This document shows positions 26,431-35,665 of a DNA stretch of 60,638 nt, one piece after another; position 1 is the stretch's first letter, and every line of letters begins with the position of its first letter. This DNA comes from a virus (lineage: Duplodnaviria > Caudoviricetes). The stretch covers positions 1-60,638 of the IMG/VR virus record IMGVR_UViG_3300046508_000016. The stretch is one strand, 5' to 3'. The translations under genes and the position numbers were made by a program. The notes below the pieces were generated by a model. That model was not told the DNA's origin and did no database searches. It worked only from the letters and a program-made list of their open reading frames with translations.

Positions 26431-27048
26431 CTATCGATTGGCTGCAAAAAACGCCCGCGCGAATCCTTCCGGCGTCTGCTCTCTCTGTCGTTTCCAACTG
26501 CTCGACATGAACGCGATGCGCCCCTGTGACCGGCCATTCGGCGTGCGTCTGGTTTTTTCCGGTTCAATTGGTGTTGTCACGGGTGGCTTTACTGCCGTGC
26601 CCCAAATGTACGTTTGCTTATCCCAGGGGTCGCCGTATTCATACGGTCGATATTGCCACACAGGGGCCGGAATATCCGGCATCAGTCGCATGTGTCTGCC
26701 TGGTGGGTTTTCCAGAGCCCACCATGCCGTAGCCGCCCGCGCGATCCTGAAGCACGCTCGCATTACCGATATATCGCGTTCCGTTTCTCCTCGCTCGTCC
26801 ATCCGTTTCCACCATCGAGCACCTGGACGACAAAAGCACGTACACGGTGGGGCTGCCAGGACTGCGTACACTGGCTCTGTGAAGACAAAACACCGAACGT
26901 CGATTCCAACCCGCGTAATGTTTTTGTGCGTTGCCTCGCCTGCCGGATGGTCCACGTCAACCATTACGACATGATAGCCAGCGTCGGCATACGGCTTCGA
27001 CCAGACTCCCGATAAATCACACAGGCTGAGTATTATCCGGTCGCTCAT
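26431..27048 (-). CDS. DNA cytosine-5 methyltransferase-like phage protein
   Basis: ILSLCDLSG.WS.PY, AAPPCT (motif IV), LENP (motif VI), TPEGFARAF. Confidence 0.8.
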   Translation of the reverse strand: MSDRIILSLCDLSGVWSKPYADAGYHVVMVDVDHPAGEATHKNITRVGIDVRCFVFTEPVYAVLAAPPCTCFCRPGARWWKRMDERGETERDISVMRACFRIARAATAWWALENPPGRHMRLMPDIPAPVWQYRPYEYGDPWDKQTYIWGTAVKPPVTTPIEPEKTRRTPNGRSQGRIAFMSSSWKRQREQTPEGFARAFFAANR

Positions 27049-27239
27049 CGCTCGGCCCCGGTTGTGCTTGCCTGTTTCGGACACTCCTCTTTCGTCGAGT
27101 ACGGCGCGAAGCCAAGCCAACGCGACAGACAACGGTACTCAGACTTCGCTGGGTGAAAGTCCGTGCGGATTGCCGATGTCAGTCGCTCGCAGCCCTCACA
27201 GCGAACCGAGAACTCAGCTTGTCGTGTACGGTCGCTCAT
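27045..27239 (-). CDS. Small Cys-rich hypothetical protein
   Basis: Starts and ends within junction repeats. Confidence 0.65.
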   Translation of the reverse strand: MSDRTRQAEFSVRCEGCERLTSAIRTDFHPAKSEYRCLSRWLGFAPYSTKEECPKQASTTGAER

Positions 27240-27424
27240 CGCTCGGCCCTCGGTACTGATTGTTCTGCTCGATTGAGATAATCCAGAGCCGCGCCGATCT
27301 CCTTGTGTAAGGCAGCCAATCTCCGCATTGATTCCCGCCGCGGAACATCTGGGATGCTGGGCAGCTCTCGCAGAATCACAACTGCGGCATTGAATAACTT
27401 ATTGAATCTACGAATACTGCTCAT
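27236..27424 (-). CDS. Small hypothetical protein
   Basis: Starts and ends within junction repeats. Confidence 0.65.
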   Translation of the reverse strand: MSSIRRFNKLFNAAVVILRELPSIPDVPRRESMRRLAALHKEIGAALDYLNRAEQSVPRAER

Positions 27425-27461
27425 CGCTCGGCCCCTTCGCTCAGTTGCCCCGTCGCGAACT

Positions 27462-28235
27462 TCACTTTTCTAACACTCCATCGAATAGCGGACATTCATC
27501 GTCGCAGATATGCGTATTGCCAATCCACCACCGCCATTGATCCTCGGCCGTTAAAAATATCCTATTGCCCTTCGCTTCCCACGTTACCTGATTGATGCGA
27601 CGCCAAATCTTTTCGGCGAATGGGAATCGCTCAAACTCGCGTTCCTTGTGATCCACCATCGGACAGCCAACGCAGCCAAGACGCTTGAAGCCTTCAGCGT
27701 AGAGACAACAGATTTCAATTTTCCGTTCTCGCAGATATTCCCAGACGTGACTCGTTTTCCAATCGATGATTGGATGGACGAAGAACGTTCCTGAAATCCT
27801 GACGTATGTTTCGACTTGCTGCCGCTTCTTTCGTCTGTTGCTTTCCGCCCACCGAATTCCCGTCAATAGCGGCTTTCCGGTTCCAGGCCGTTCTTTGATA
27901 ACCTCGCAACACCACCTGCGGGTACGCAGCGGCATTATGCCACGCTCCCTCGCAATCGCAATCAGTGACCGCTCTGCGAACGAGTACGTCAGATGATTCG
28001 CAGAATCGCGTTTTGTGGTCGCGATATGCCGTCGCAGTTCAATCGGGTCGAGGGGGCAGTAAGAATATCGCGCCGTGAACTTCACACCGCTTCGCTTGGT
28101 CAAGTCAAGCAACACGTCACTGTCCTTGCCGCCGCTGTAGGCCAGTTCGTATCCTTCACCATTCGGCGGCTCGTAGGTACGCAGTACGTCCATCGCATGT
28201 TCGTCTATCGGGCGTCCATCAAGGTGGAGTTGCAT
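27462..28235 (-). CDS. PAPS reductase family protein
   Basis: SGGKDS PP-loop, RWCC, TGIRWAES..R, PIIDW, RLGCVGCP. Confidence 0.92.
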   Translation of the reverse strand: MQLHLDGRPIDEHAMDVLRTYEPPNGEGYELAYSGGKDSDVLLDLTKRSGVKFTARYSYCPLDPIELRRHIATTKRDSANHLTYSFAERSLIAIARERGIMPLRTRRWCCEVIKERPGTGKPLLTGIRWAESNRRKKRQQVETYVRISGTFFVHPIIDWKTSHVWEYLRERKIEICCLYAEGFKRLGCVGCPMVDHKEREFERFPFAEKIWRRINQVTWEAKGNRIFLTAEDQWRWWIGNTHICDDECPLFDGVLEK

Positions 28236-28250
28236 TTTCGCTCTGTTGTC

Positions 28251-28475
28251 CTATCCAATCGGTTTCAACTCCACCAGCATCCAATACGCCTCGCAGTCGG
28301 CTGCGATTTCGATTTCATTTAGCTCGGCCATCATCGTGTCCCGATCCTTGAACAACTTCGCCCCCGCGATGTCTGAAGTCCACTGCGGCACCATCCCTCG
28401 CCAGTTGCGGAAGTATCGCCTAGCGTTTCCGTGCTGACCGCCGCAGGCTATGACGTGTACGTGGTTGTTCATCAC
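28251..28475 (-). CDS. Small hypothetical protein
   Basis: Coupled overlap, GGAGG SD. Confidence 0.6.
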   Translation of the reverse strand: MMNNHVHVIACGGQHGNARRYFRNWRGMVPQWTSDIAGAKLFKDRDTMMAELNEIEIAADCEAYWMLVELKPIG

Positions 28476-28852
28476 TTCCCCTCCTCCACCTGCCGCTCCA
28501 GCTCCGCCACGCGAGCGCGGAGGGTAGCGTTCTCGTCGAGTGCTTCGCCTATTGCCGTTTGGATATTGTCGCGTTCAGCCTCAACTTCACCCCACGCGCA
28601 ACCAGCCTTATGGCCAGCTTCGTCCGTCGAAAAACAAATCGGGCAACAGCCGCTTTTCAGAAATGCTGTGGCGCGCTTTTGCCATGAATCTCCGTCTGCA
28701 AGCTCTTCCTTGAGTCCGGCATTCTCGGCAGCGAGAGCGGCAAGTTCCGCGAGGCACAAGCGAATGGCCGTGCAGTGTTTTGATTTAGCCTCGCCACCAT
28801 AGTACATCTGCAAATAACTGATGGCGTCCGTCACGTCCTGTTCATCGCTCAT
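28472..28852 (-). CDS. Coiled-coil / Zn-finger hypothetical protein
   Basis: AAGGAG SD; CPIC...H...C. Confidence 0.7.
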   Translation of the reverse strand: MSDEQDVTDAISYLQMYYGGEAKSKHCTAIRLCLAELAALAAENAGLKEELADGDSWQKRATAFLKSGCCPICFSTDEAGHKAGCAWGEVEAERDNIQTAIGEALDENATLRARVAELERQVEEGK

Positions 28853-29079
28853 CGCGGCTCCTTGTGGTCATTTCAGATTGGACGGTGGAAGTGGCGGCGT
28901 CTGTTCGCAATCACGCGAGTAGGGACACTGCTTCCGGTACAAGCAATAGTCGCCGCTCGTTGGGTTCTGTGGCACACAATGCGGGCAGTAGGGTCCACCG
29001 CCGTTGACATAAGTGCCCTCGTTCATTTTCAGGCCACACCGAACGCACGCAAACGGGACAAAAGCGTTACTCAGTCCCA

Positions 29080-29337
29080 TCATTCCTCCCTTGCCGCTTC
29101 GGCGGCAGTGCGTGTTGCTTTTAGGATTGTTTCCAACGCCAGGATGTAGGCTTCCAGCATCAAGCTGCCACAGGAGTCCGGCCACGTCTCATAGTAATTG
29201 ACTACGGCTTCCGCTCCGGCTTTAATCGCCGACAGCCGCTCAACTGCCTCGGCTAGTAGTCTCGTATCCTCTTGGCTAATGACGTACTGCGGTTCGGACT
29301 TTACGCGGGCGATGATGGCGGCGAGTTCTGGGGTCAT
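29080..29337 (-). CDS. Hypothetical protein
   Basis: Start MTPELA after GGGGAG. Confidence 0.55.
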   Translation of the reverse strand: MTPELAAIIARVKSEPQYVISQEDTRLLAEAVERLSAIKAGAEAVVNYYETWPDSCGSLMLEAYILALETILKATRTAAEAAREE

Positions 29338-29545
29338 GGTTAATACTCCCCCGCCGTATCGGCCTCGCCGGTGCAGCATGGCCCACAAAGCCCAGTGCCA
29401 GCGCAGCCGCCTTGTGTGCAAAGGGGAGTGCCACACGCGAAACAATGGCCGAATCCAACAAAAGACTTTTGGTCGTCGTTTACCGGTTTCTTTTGTGAGT
29501 CCCTTTCGCTAGCACGCTTCTGATTTCTTTTCGTGTGATTTGCCA

Positions 29546-30523
29546 TCACTTCACCTCCCCGGCATCGCCGGCGTCGAGTTCCTCGGCTTTCGCTGCCATC
29601 CACCCTCGGCGGATTTCCTCGGCACGGGCTGCGCTGATACGCTCATCATCAATGTCAGGAGCCCCTCCAGCCCACGGTACCCAGTCAATTTCATCGCTGT
29701 TACAATACTCTGCGACAATGCCCTTAGTTCGCGTGATCCAATTTGCCACACTATCATAATAGTACCGCCACCCACATTGCGGACACGGAAGGTCGGGATT
29801 GTGATGCCAGGGCTGGTCGCATTTGTCAGCAGCAACCGACGGCCCGTCAAGCGACTCAGCGGGAGAATCAGCCGATGGCCCCGCGTGGCCGCCGGTTGCT
29901 TGCTGTGCTGTGATCCAACCCTGGATGATTTCACTGGCCTGGCCAGCGGTGAGGTGTTCGTCGCCATCGGATTTACACGCCGCCTCCAAGTCATTTGCCA
30001 CTCCTACCCTCCAGTGTGGATCGTGGCGTTCACATTTCTCGTATGTTTTACAGAACCTTCTAAGAGTGCCCGTATACTTGTCTCGGTAGATTCGCCATTC
30101 TTTCGCCTCTTCCGCTGGCTTGTCGAGGGCGGCGGCGAGTTCTTCCCGCAACTTCAACGCCAACTCATACTGGTCGGGGCAGTTTACGCACTGGCAGACC
30201 GGCTTGAATGGGAGAACCTTTATGAACTCTCTCGCCAATCTCCGCACTTCGTCGTCTGCCACAACCGGCACGGCAACATCCAGTGTCGTAGCGTGGGCAA
30301 GGGCGGATTCGACGGCACCCGTAATGGTTGCTGTTGCATCGCGTCTCCGCATGTAATTGGCAGCAGCGTCGAAGCCACCGGCATCGCACCATTCTGCTGC
30401 CGCCTCCCGACACTCTTCAAGCTGCTCGGGCGTCAGGTGGCCGGTGGCTTGCGGTGGGGCGAGATAACGACGCTTGCGCTCTTGTTCGTTCAAACGTCTC
30501 TGCTCAGCGTCTTTATACGGCAT
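29546..30523 (-). CDS. Mosaic hypothetical protein
   Basis: MPYKD start after GGGAG; about 325 aa. Confidence 0.65.
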   Translation of the reverse strand: MPYKDAEQRRLNEQERKRRYLAPPQATGHLTPEQLEECREAAAEWCDAGGFDAAANYMRRRDATATITGAVESALAHATTLDVAVPVVADDEVRRLAREFIKVLPFKPVCQCVNCPDQYELALKLREELAAALDKPAEEAKEWRIYRDKYTGTLRRFCKTYEKCERHDPHWRVGVANDLEAACKSDGDEHLTAGQASEIIQGWITAQQATGGHAGPSADSPAESLDGPSVAADKCDQPWHHNPDLPCPQCGWRYYYDSVANWITRTKGIVAEYCNSDEIDWVPWAGGAPDIDDERISAARAEEIRRGWMAAKAEELDAGDAGEVK

Positions 30524-31277
30524 GAAACATCTCCCTAACCTGAAGGTCTTGTGGCCATTCATCAAACGGAATGCGTTTTCCATTTTCCGTCAGTTGCTTC
30601 ACAAAGATCGGCACACCAGCAGCCGCACACTGATCGCGGATCGACCGAACCCACTCTGGGTGCATCGGCTCGGGACCGCCACCGACGGCCAACCAGTCAA
30701 TGCCGTCGAGCTTCAATTGAATCGGCCCTCGCAACGGTTCCAAGCTCAGCCAGTGTCGGCCAGGGCACTTCAGCAGGTCGCCTATGCGGGCGTCGAATGT
30801 GGCTTGGTCGCTGGCCGACGTGCCGAGGATAACGTTGGGGAGCGGCCAATACGACGATCCCCAATAGAAGCGACTGTTTATGTTCCACACCTCTGACCAA
30901 TCGGCGTGCCTTAAATACTTCAGCGCGTTGTCCGGACGCTTTGTCAGACAGAGATAGGTGATGTGTGGCGTCAGGGCTATCGTCGAAAACGTCTTGTCTA
31001 CCCACTGCCTTTCCGCGCCTCTCGAAAACATATCGCCGAAGAAATTGAGTGCAACGACGGCAGGTTTCTTCCGACGCATCAGCGTGCCGAGTCGCTCGGG
31101 CCAAAACGCCGGCGTGAAATCCTTGTAGCGTTCGCGGTGCGGAATCGACGGGTTCTTTTCAAGCCGTTTGGCATATCGCCGTGCCCAGCAGATTTCCCGG
31201 CATTCACAGCAGGCGTTGGAACACCCGGTAATTACGTTATGGCTGAAATCGCTGTACTGAATTTTTGTCGCGTTCAT
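30513..31277 (-). CDS. DUF5131 (phage Gp37/Gp68) radical-SAM-like protein
   Basis: TKIQY...N.ITGC...C..C.A, GDMF, LTKRP, SLEPL.G, W..GG, FVKQL. Confidence 0.88.
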   Translation of the reverse strand: MNATKIQYSDFSHNVITGCSNACCECREICWARRYAKRLEKNPSIPHRERYKDFTPAFWPERLGTLMRRKKPAVVALNFFGDMFSRGAERQWVDKTFSTIALTPHITYLCLTKRPDNALKYLRHADWSEVWNINSRFYWGSSYWPLPNVILGTSASDQATFDARIGDLLKCPGRHWLSLEPLRGPIQLKLDGIDWLAVGGGPEPMHPEWVRSIRDQCAAAGVPIFVKQLTENGKRIPFDEWPQDLQVREMFHAV

Positions 31278-31771
31278 TGGATGGCCTTCAGTTGTTGGAT
31301 AATCACGTCCATTGCTCCAGTCGGCGGCATGACGCAGCCACGAATAACCCGCAGGTCGTCGATGTGACAATCGTTTTCAAACGCACCGGCGTCAGCTAGT
31401 GCGTCTTGCAACGCCTTGATTCGGTTGTCTAGGTCGGCGTCGCCGTTACGCGCCATGTGAACACGCACCAGCAAACGCAGGCGTCCCTCAATCGGTCCAC
31501 GTTCGCCCCAATAGGCGTGCCACCGCTTCGCAACTGCCGCGTGATACTCCAACCCTTCAACCGTCGTCATTAGGCGATTGCGGCACACGCTGCGATAGTT
31601 GTTCACTGTTGGGGCAAGAGGCATCACGATTCGACACGCGGGTTTGTGGAGCGACCCAAAGCCAAACACTGTCATCTGTTCATCCAGCGTCGTTGTCATC
31701 TCTGGAAGTGGTCGCGCGAACTTCGTGTGAAACTTCTCCCGTTTCGTTTGCTTCAATAGACTTCGCATCAC
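31274..31771 (-). CDS. rusA: RusA-like Holliday junction resolvase
   Basis: PTVNNY, DLDNRIKALQDAL...END..I. Confidence 0.88.
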   Translation of the reverse strand: MMRSLLKQTKREKFHTKFARPLPEMTTTLDEQMTVFGFGSLHKPACRIVMPLAPTVNNYRSVCRNRLMTTVEGLEYHAAVAKRWHAYWGERGPIEGRLRLLVRVHMARNGDADLDNRIKALQDALADAGAFENDCHIDDLRVIRGCVMPPTGAMDVIIQQLKAIQ

Positions 31772-31781
31772 TCAATCTCCA

Positions 31782-31979
31782 TTACAGCGGTAGCACTTCA
31801 GTTTGTTCGGTAATGTTGCACACGGTCGCAAGGTCCCCAATCAATTCTCCCGGATCGTCACCCTCGCGCGATTTGCGTAAAAGTTCCTGAATCCACAGAG
31901 GCATTTGCCGACCGACCATCCCTCGCAACTCTTTTGTCTTAGCGTGCCGCGAGAAGTTCACTAAGTCTATGTTCATCAT
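31782..31979 (-). CDS. Small hypothetical protein
   Basis: GGGGAG SD, coupled overlap. Confidence 0.5.
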   Translation of the reverse strand: MMNIDLVNFSRHAKTKELRGMVGRQMPLWIQELLRKSREGDDPGELIGDLATVCNITEQTEVLPL

Positions 31980-32326
31980 CACTCCCCCAGAATCCGTTGC
32001 ATCATTCGGAACGTCTTCCGAGCCGACGAACCTTTTTCCCATGCAATACCAACTTCGTTCTCAAAGCATATTCGCAATTCATCCCAATGTGTCCGCAGTG
32101 CGCACCAGCGCTTGCTCAACATTGCCAACTCATCTACGCCGTGAAATGCCCAGGGCATTAGGTCGAGCATCCTAAGGCACCTACCAAGGTCGGCGGGGTC
32201 TAGTGGGTAATCAATCCGTGGTTCAGTCGATCTGATTCCGAGTGCCGCCATCAAAATTGCTTTGCTGGATAGTCCAGTGTCACCACCGAATAGCCACGCC
32301 AATGCTGCTCGTTCCTCGTTAGCCAT
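31979..32326 (-). CDS. Conserved phage hypothetical protein
   Basis: W...GDTGLSS...YPLDPADLGRC..L motif. Confidence 0.8.
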   Translation of the reverse strand: MANEERAALAWLFGGDTGLSSKAILMAALGIRSTEPRIDYPLDPADLGRCLRMLDLMPWAFHGVDELAMLSKRWCALRTHWDELRICFENEVGIAWEKGSSARKTFRMMQRILGE

Positions 32327-32570
32327 TATTGCTCCCCCAGAATCCGTTTGGTTGTCGCATCGTAATCACGCTCCCACGCCAGCATCGACTCGTCGTCGTG
32401 GATCGTGTGGTCTACTAGATAGGCATGATTGCAGGCAGCATCTTTGTCCCTAGCTCGTTGCTCCACTATCCACGCCCGCAGACGCTCGTTCTCTGCAATC
32501 GCATCGCGGACACATTTGGCTGCCGCTGGCGGTTTGTTCACTTCAAGCCAGTCTGCGAGTTTGTCGAGGG

Positions 32571-32861
32571 TCATCCTCCGCGCCTCCCAATAGAAATACC
32601 GTTTTCCTTTTGAATCCTTCGCACCGTCGCTGTGTGACATCCAAGGGCACGCCTAATGTCCATTTGCGTCAGCCCCAACTCGGCGAGAATCTCAATCCAG
32701 CCGCGCCGCCATGCCGTTAGACCGTATCTATTTTGACGCCCCCTACTGCTCGCCTCTGAGTTGACTCCTCTTGTGCTTCTGTGTTGTGCTGATAGTTTTC
32801 CGCTACGGATCGAGACTCGAATCGCTTCGGCTTCCGGCGGTAGGTCGTAGGCTAGGGTCAT
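32571..32861 (-). CDS. Small HTH-like protein
   Basis: LGLTQMDIRRALGCHTATVRR; GAGGAG SD. Confidence 0.55.
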   Translation of the reverse strand: MTLAYDLPPEAEAIRVSIRSGKLSAQHRSTRGVNSEASSRGRQNRYGLTAWRRGWIEILAELGLTQMDIRRALGCHTATVRRIQKENGISIGRRGG

Positions 32862-32863
32862 TG

Positions 32864-33169
32864 TTAGAACTCCTCACACGAACCTTTATGTTTTATCCCG
32901 TGCTCTTTCTCGTGGCACTCTCGGCAAAGAACGAGTAAATCATCGGTCGATTCAGAGCCTTTTCTGGTATAGGTGTTGTGATGAACATTGCTATCCCAGG
33001 GCTTTACCGCTTTCTGGCATCTTTCGCATTTAATCAGTGTCGAAGGGTGAAATACGCCGTGCTCAAGTGCCCACAATGCCTGTGCGTCAGTAACGCCTCC
33101 GTGTGTGATTATTCGCTTCAGTCGCCGGAGAAACCACGGACGCGAATCTATGTAGTCTTGATAGCTCAT
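32864..33169 (-). CDS. HNH endonuclease
   Basis: Y.DY..S..W, CERC, VHHNTY, DLLVLCRECHEKEH. Confidence 0.85.
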   Translation of the reverse strand: MSYQDYIDSRPWFLRRLKRIITHGGVTDAQALWALEHGVFHPSTLIKCERCQKAVKPWDSNVHHNTYTRKGSESTDDLLVLCRECHEKEHGIKHKGSCEEF

Positions 33170-33172
33170 GCG

Positions 33173-34015
33173 TCACTCGCGTTTTATTTGGCAGTCTTTT
33201 GGAACGATTCCAAATGTCGCTGGCGTAAGCTGCGGCGGCTTACCATTGACTGCCGGCTTCCCTGGAATCGTAATCGCATCGCAAAGGTCGTTTAGAACAT
33301 ACCCGAGCTTCGATGCCTTGTTTGCCAAGATACGCTTAGCATAAGCAATTCGATTTATGACCGCCTTCTGCCCTTTCCTTGGCGCTGCTATCGCGCCGCC
33401 GATGGCGTCGGCAAACCATTCGTCAGAAAACACGGCTTTCGCTAGAAATGCCACCTTAAGTAGCAACTCCCGGTCGTCTGGCTTCACCGTCCGCCCGCCT
33501 GGCCAGAGTTTCTTTGCGGCTAGTCTCGCGGTTTCTCGTGCTGCTGGCCAGACTTCCGCATGGTCGGCCGCCACGAACGGACGGACGGAATCCGTCTTCT
33601 CTCGTCTCGTCTCGTCTGGTCCCGATTTTGTCCCGCACGATTCGGGACATTTGGGGGACGGTGTTTTTCGTTGTTTTCGCTTCTTTTCAGAGTCTAAAGC
33701 GCGCCTCTTCGCGCATTCACCATTGTGTCTGTCCCATTTTCTGAACGAAAATCCTCTGGTTTTTTCTAAAATCCAACCAACTTCTTTTGATGCTAAAGCG
33801 GCGAAGGTTCCGGACAGACAACCAGAGAGTCTGTCCCCATCGACCAGGGACAAAAATGGTATAGCTCCGTTCGCGGTAATACTGTCCGCCCACGAATAGG
33901 CATTGAACCATTCGAGGAAAGCGTCTCCGAGGCTGATGTTGAGTTTTTGTGCCATGATGGCAAGTTCTGGTTTCTTCGGCGTGTCCTTACTTACTTTAAT
34001 CCAGTCCGCGCCCAT
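33173..34015 (-). CDS. Phage replication initiation / replisome organiser protein
   Basis: DWIKV..DTP.KPE N-domain, W.WAD, F..WDRHNG..AKRR, low-complexity linker; GGAGG SD. Confidence 0.75.
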   Translation of the reverse strand: MGADWIKVSKDTPKKPELAIMAQKLNISLGDAFLEWFNAYSWADSITANGAIPFLSLVDGDRLSGCLSGTFAALASKEVGWILEKTRGFSFRKWDRHNGECAKRRALDSEKKRKQRKTPSPKCPESCGTKSGPDETRREKTDSVRPFVAADHAEVWPAARETARLAAKKLWPGGRTVKPDDRELLLKVAFLAKAVFSDEWFADAIGGAIAAPRKGQKAVINRIAYAKRILANKASKLGYVLNDLCDAITIPGKPAVNGKPPQLTPATFGIVPKDCQIKRE

Positions 34016-34233
34016 GCCTACCTCCAAATCCGCACCCCAGAAACCCGCTGTAACGTCGTCAACACGCGGCTAATCGTTCGCCGTTTGAACCGCCCCATAA
34101 GCACCTTTGTCATGTCTGCCCGCGTCAACAAGCCACAGCGGCTCTGTACACAGGCATTACGGATTGCCCACGCAACACGGCCACATGGCGACCTTCGGCG
34201 GTAGGCGTCAAGGGGCGTCATTCGTCGGGTTCC

Positions 34234-34416
34234 TCACGATAATGGCGGCTCACCGACACATGGATCGCCTCCGCATGTCGGGCACGGTTTATACATTGAC
34301 CCTAGATATGATTCGTAATCGTCCGTTGTTACCTTTCCGCTCCCGCGACAGGTTGGGCAGTCCCTTTCTGGGTCGTAGTAGTCCTCCCAGCAGTCGTCAT
34401 CCCGGTCGTCGCTCAT
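34234..34416 (-). CDS. Small DnaJ-type Zn-finger protein
   Basis: CPTCRGSG...CPTCGG. Confidence 0.6.
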   Translation of the reverse strand: MSDDRDDDCWEDYYDPERDCPTCRGSGKVTTDDYESYLGSMYKPCPTCGGDPCVGEPPLS

Positions 34417-34733
34417 AGCGGTATATCCTCAATCGCTTCCAGCCTAGCCTTCAGCCATTCAATCCACGCATCCCAGCGTGCAAGCGTGGCGCGGTGTTTT
34501 GTCGCCCTACGCTCCGCTTCTTCTTTACTGAGACAGCCAAGATGCCGTTCACATCGCGTCACCCATGCCGCCGTCTTATTTCTCTGCCCCTTGAGATAAC
34601 TCAATAATGCAAGCGGGTCGCTCGGGAGAAACTGCTTTCTTCCACATGTCGGACAGTAAGGCGTCGTAACCTTACGTCCGCAGCAATTTGGCTTATCGAG
34701 GTCTTCCATGCCTTTCCCTCCCGCAAAACTCAC
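34413..34733 (-). CDS. Zn-ribbon hypothetical protein
   Basis: CC...YCPTCG; start may be the internal Met. Confidence 0.55.
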   Translation of the reverse strand: MSFAGGKGMEDLDKPNCCGRKVTTPYCPTCGRKQFLPSDPLALLSYLKGQRNKTAAWVTRCERHLGCLSKEEAERRATKHRATLARWDAWIEWLKARLEAIEDIPL

Positions 34734-35020
34734 ACCTCTCGGAAAGCCCCGACTCGAAATACGGGTCGTGTGACGTGATAATACACAGCAGCCAGCGGAG
34801 GATCGTCATGGCAGAAGCCCCGCTTGCTTGTCCAATTCCTGTTTCGCCCATCCTGCAAACTCAAGCAGGCCACAACGGTGGGCGAAGCGTTCACCCTCTT
34901 GTCTCGTATCCGGTATCGGCTGATAATCCACAAACGTTTCTCCCTTCCAAATCACGTGCCTGCCAGGTCCGTACTTGCCCTGATACTTGCCGTCAAACTG
35001 GATTGTCCCAGGAAACATAT

Positions 35021-35665
35021 TTACAAGTGATACGAGCGTGTCAGAACATTCATAGCCTTGACCTTGGCAAGCTCCACGTCCATGCCGCGGAGAAACTTGC
35101 CAATTGTGTCGTCCAGTTTCGCCAGAATCGCCTCGTCCCGCTCGACCTTCACAATCAATCGCGGCAGGTCTTGCGAGTACGACACGAACCACCACGTCGC
35201 CCGGCCCGTCACCAGCAGCGACATATAGACCTGTGCCAGATATTCCTTGGGAACACCGCCAGCCAGCAGGTAGCGAATCTGCTGTTTCGGTTGCGGGCAT
35301 TTCGTCTCTATCCCGGCATCGTCGCCAATCAGGCCATCCGGCGAGCAGCCTATGCGGCCATCGTCCGACAAACAGAAGCCAACCCGCTCGACAGCCAAGC
35401 CCGTCTCAAACTCGAACCACGGAATTGCAAGCGTCTCCAAAATCTTCCCCTGGTCGGCAGCCCACGACGGAGCCCCGTGTGCCTCCCCTTCTTCGTACCG
35501 CATCAGACGTTCGGCGATTTTTTGGCACATATAAGTCTTTACGCCTTCGCCCGTTCGCGGCTTCCACTCGGGCGTTATGATCGAGTCCACCTCGGAGGCA
35601 GTTACGACGCCCTGCCTGATGCGAAACCACTCGGGGCTGCCCTGTGGACACTTGTAGGTCTTCAT
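35021..35665 (-). CDS. YqaJ / lambda-exonuclease family recombinase
   Basis: QGSPEW...R.G.VTASE, G..LE, GCSPDGL, ETKCP, Y.AQV. Confidence 0.93.
   Translation of the reverse strand: MKTYKCPQGSPEWFRIRQGVVTASEVDSIITPEWKPRTGEGVKTYMCQKIAERLMRYEEGEAHGAPSWAADQGKILETLAIPWFEFETGLAVERVGFCLSDDGRIGCSPDGLIGDDAGIETKCPQPKQQIRYLLAGGVPKEYLAQVYMSLLVTGRATWWFVSYSQDLPRLIVKVERDEAILAKLDDTIGKFLRGMDVELAKVKAMNVLTRSYHL

Larger units (their letters stand above)
26403..27435 (-). repeat. Dispersed gene-junction repeat (GGG)GCCGAGCGATGAGC(GACCG), four copies
   Basis: Copies at 26403-26421, 27038-27059, 27229-27249, 27419-27435, each containing an ATG. Confidence 0.85.

Noticed and set aside
26403-27435. Junction repeats as a CRISPR array
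   Set aside because: Spacing is 190-630 bp and filled by ORFs; no cas genes
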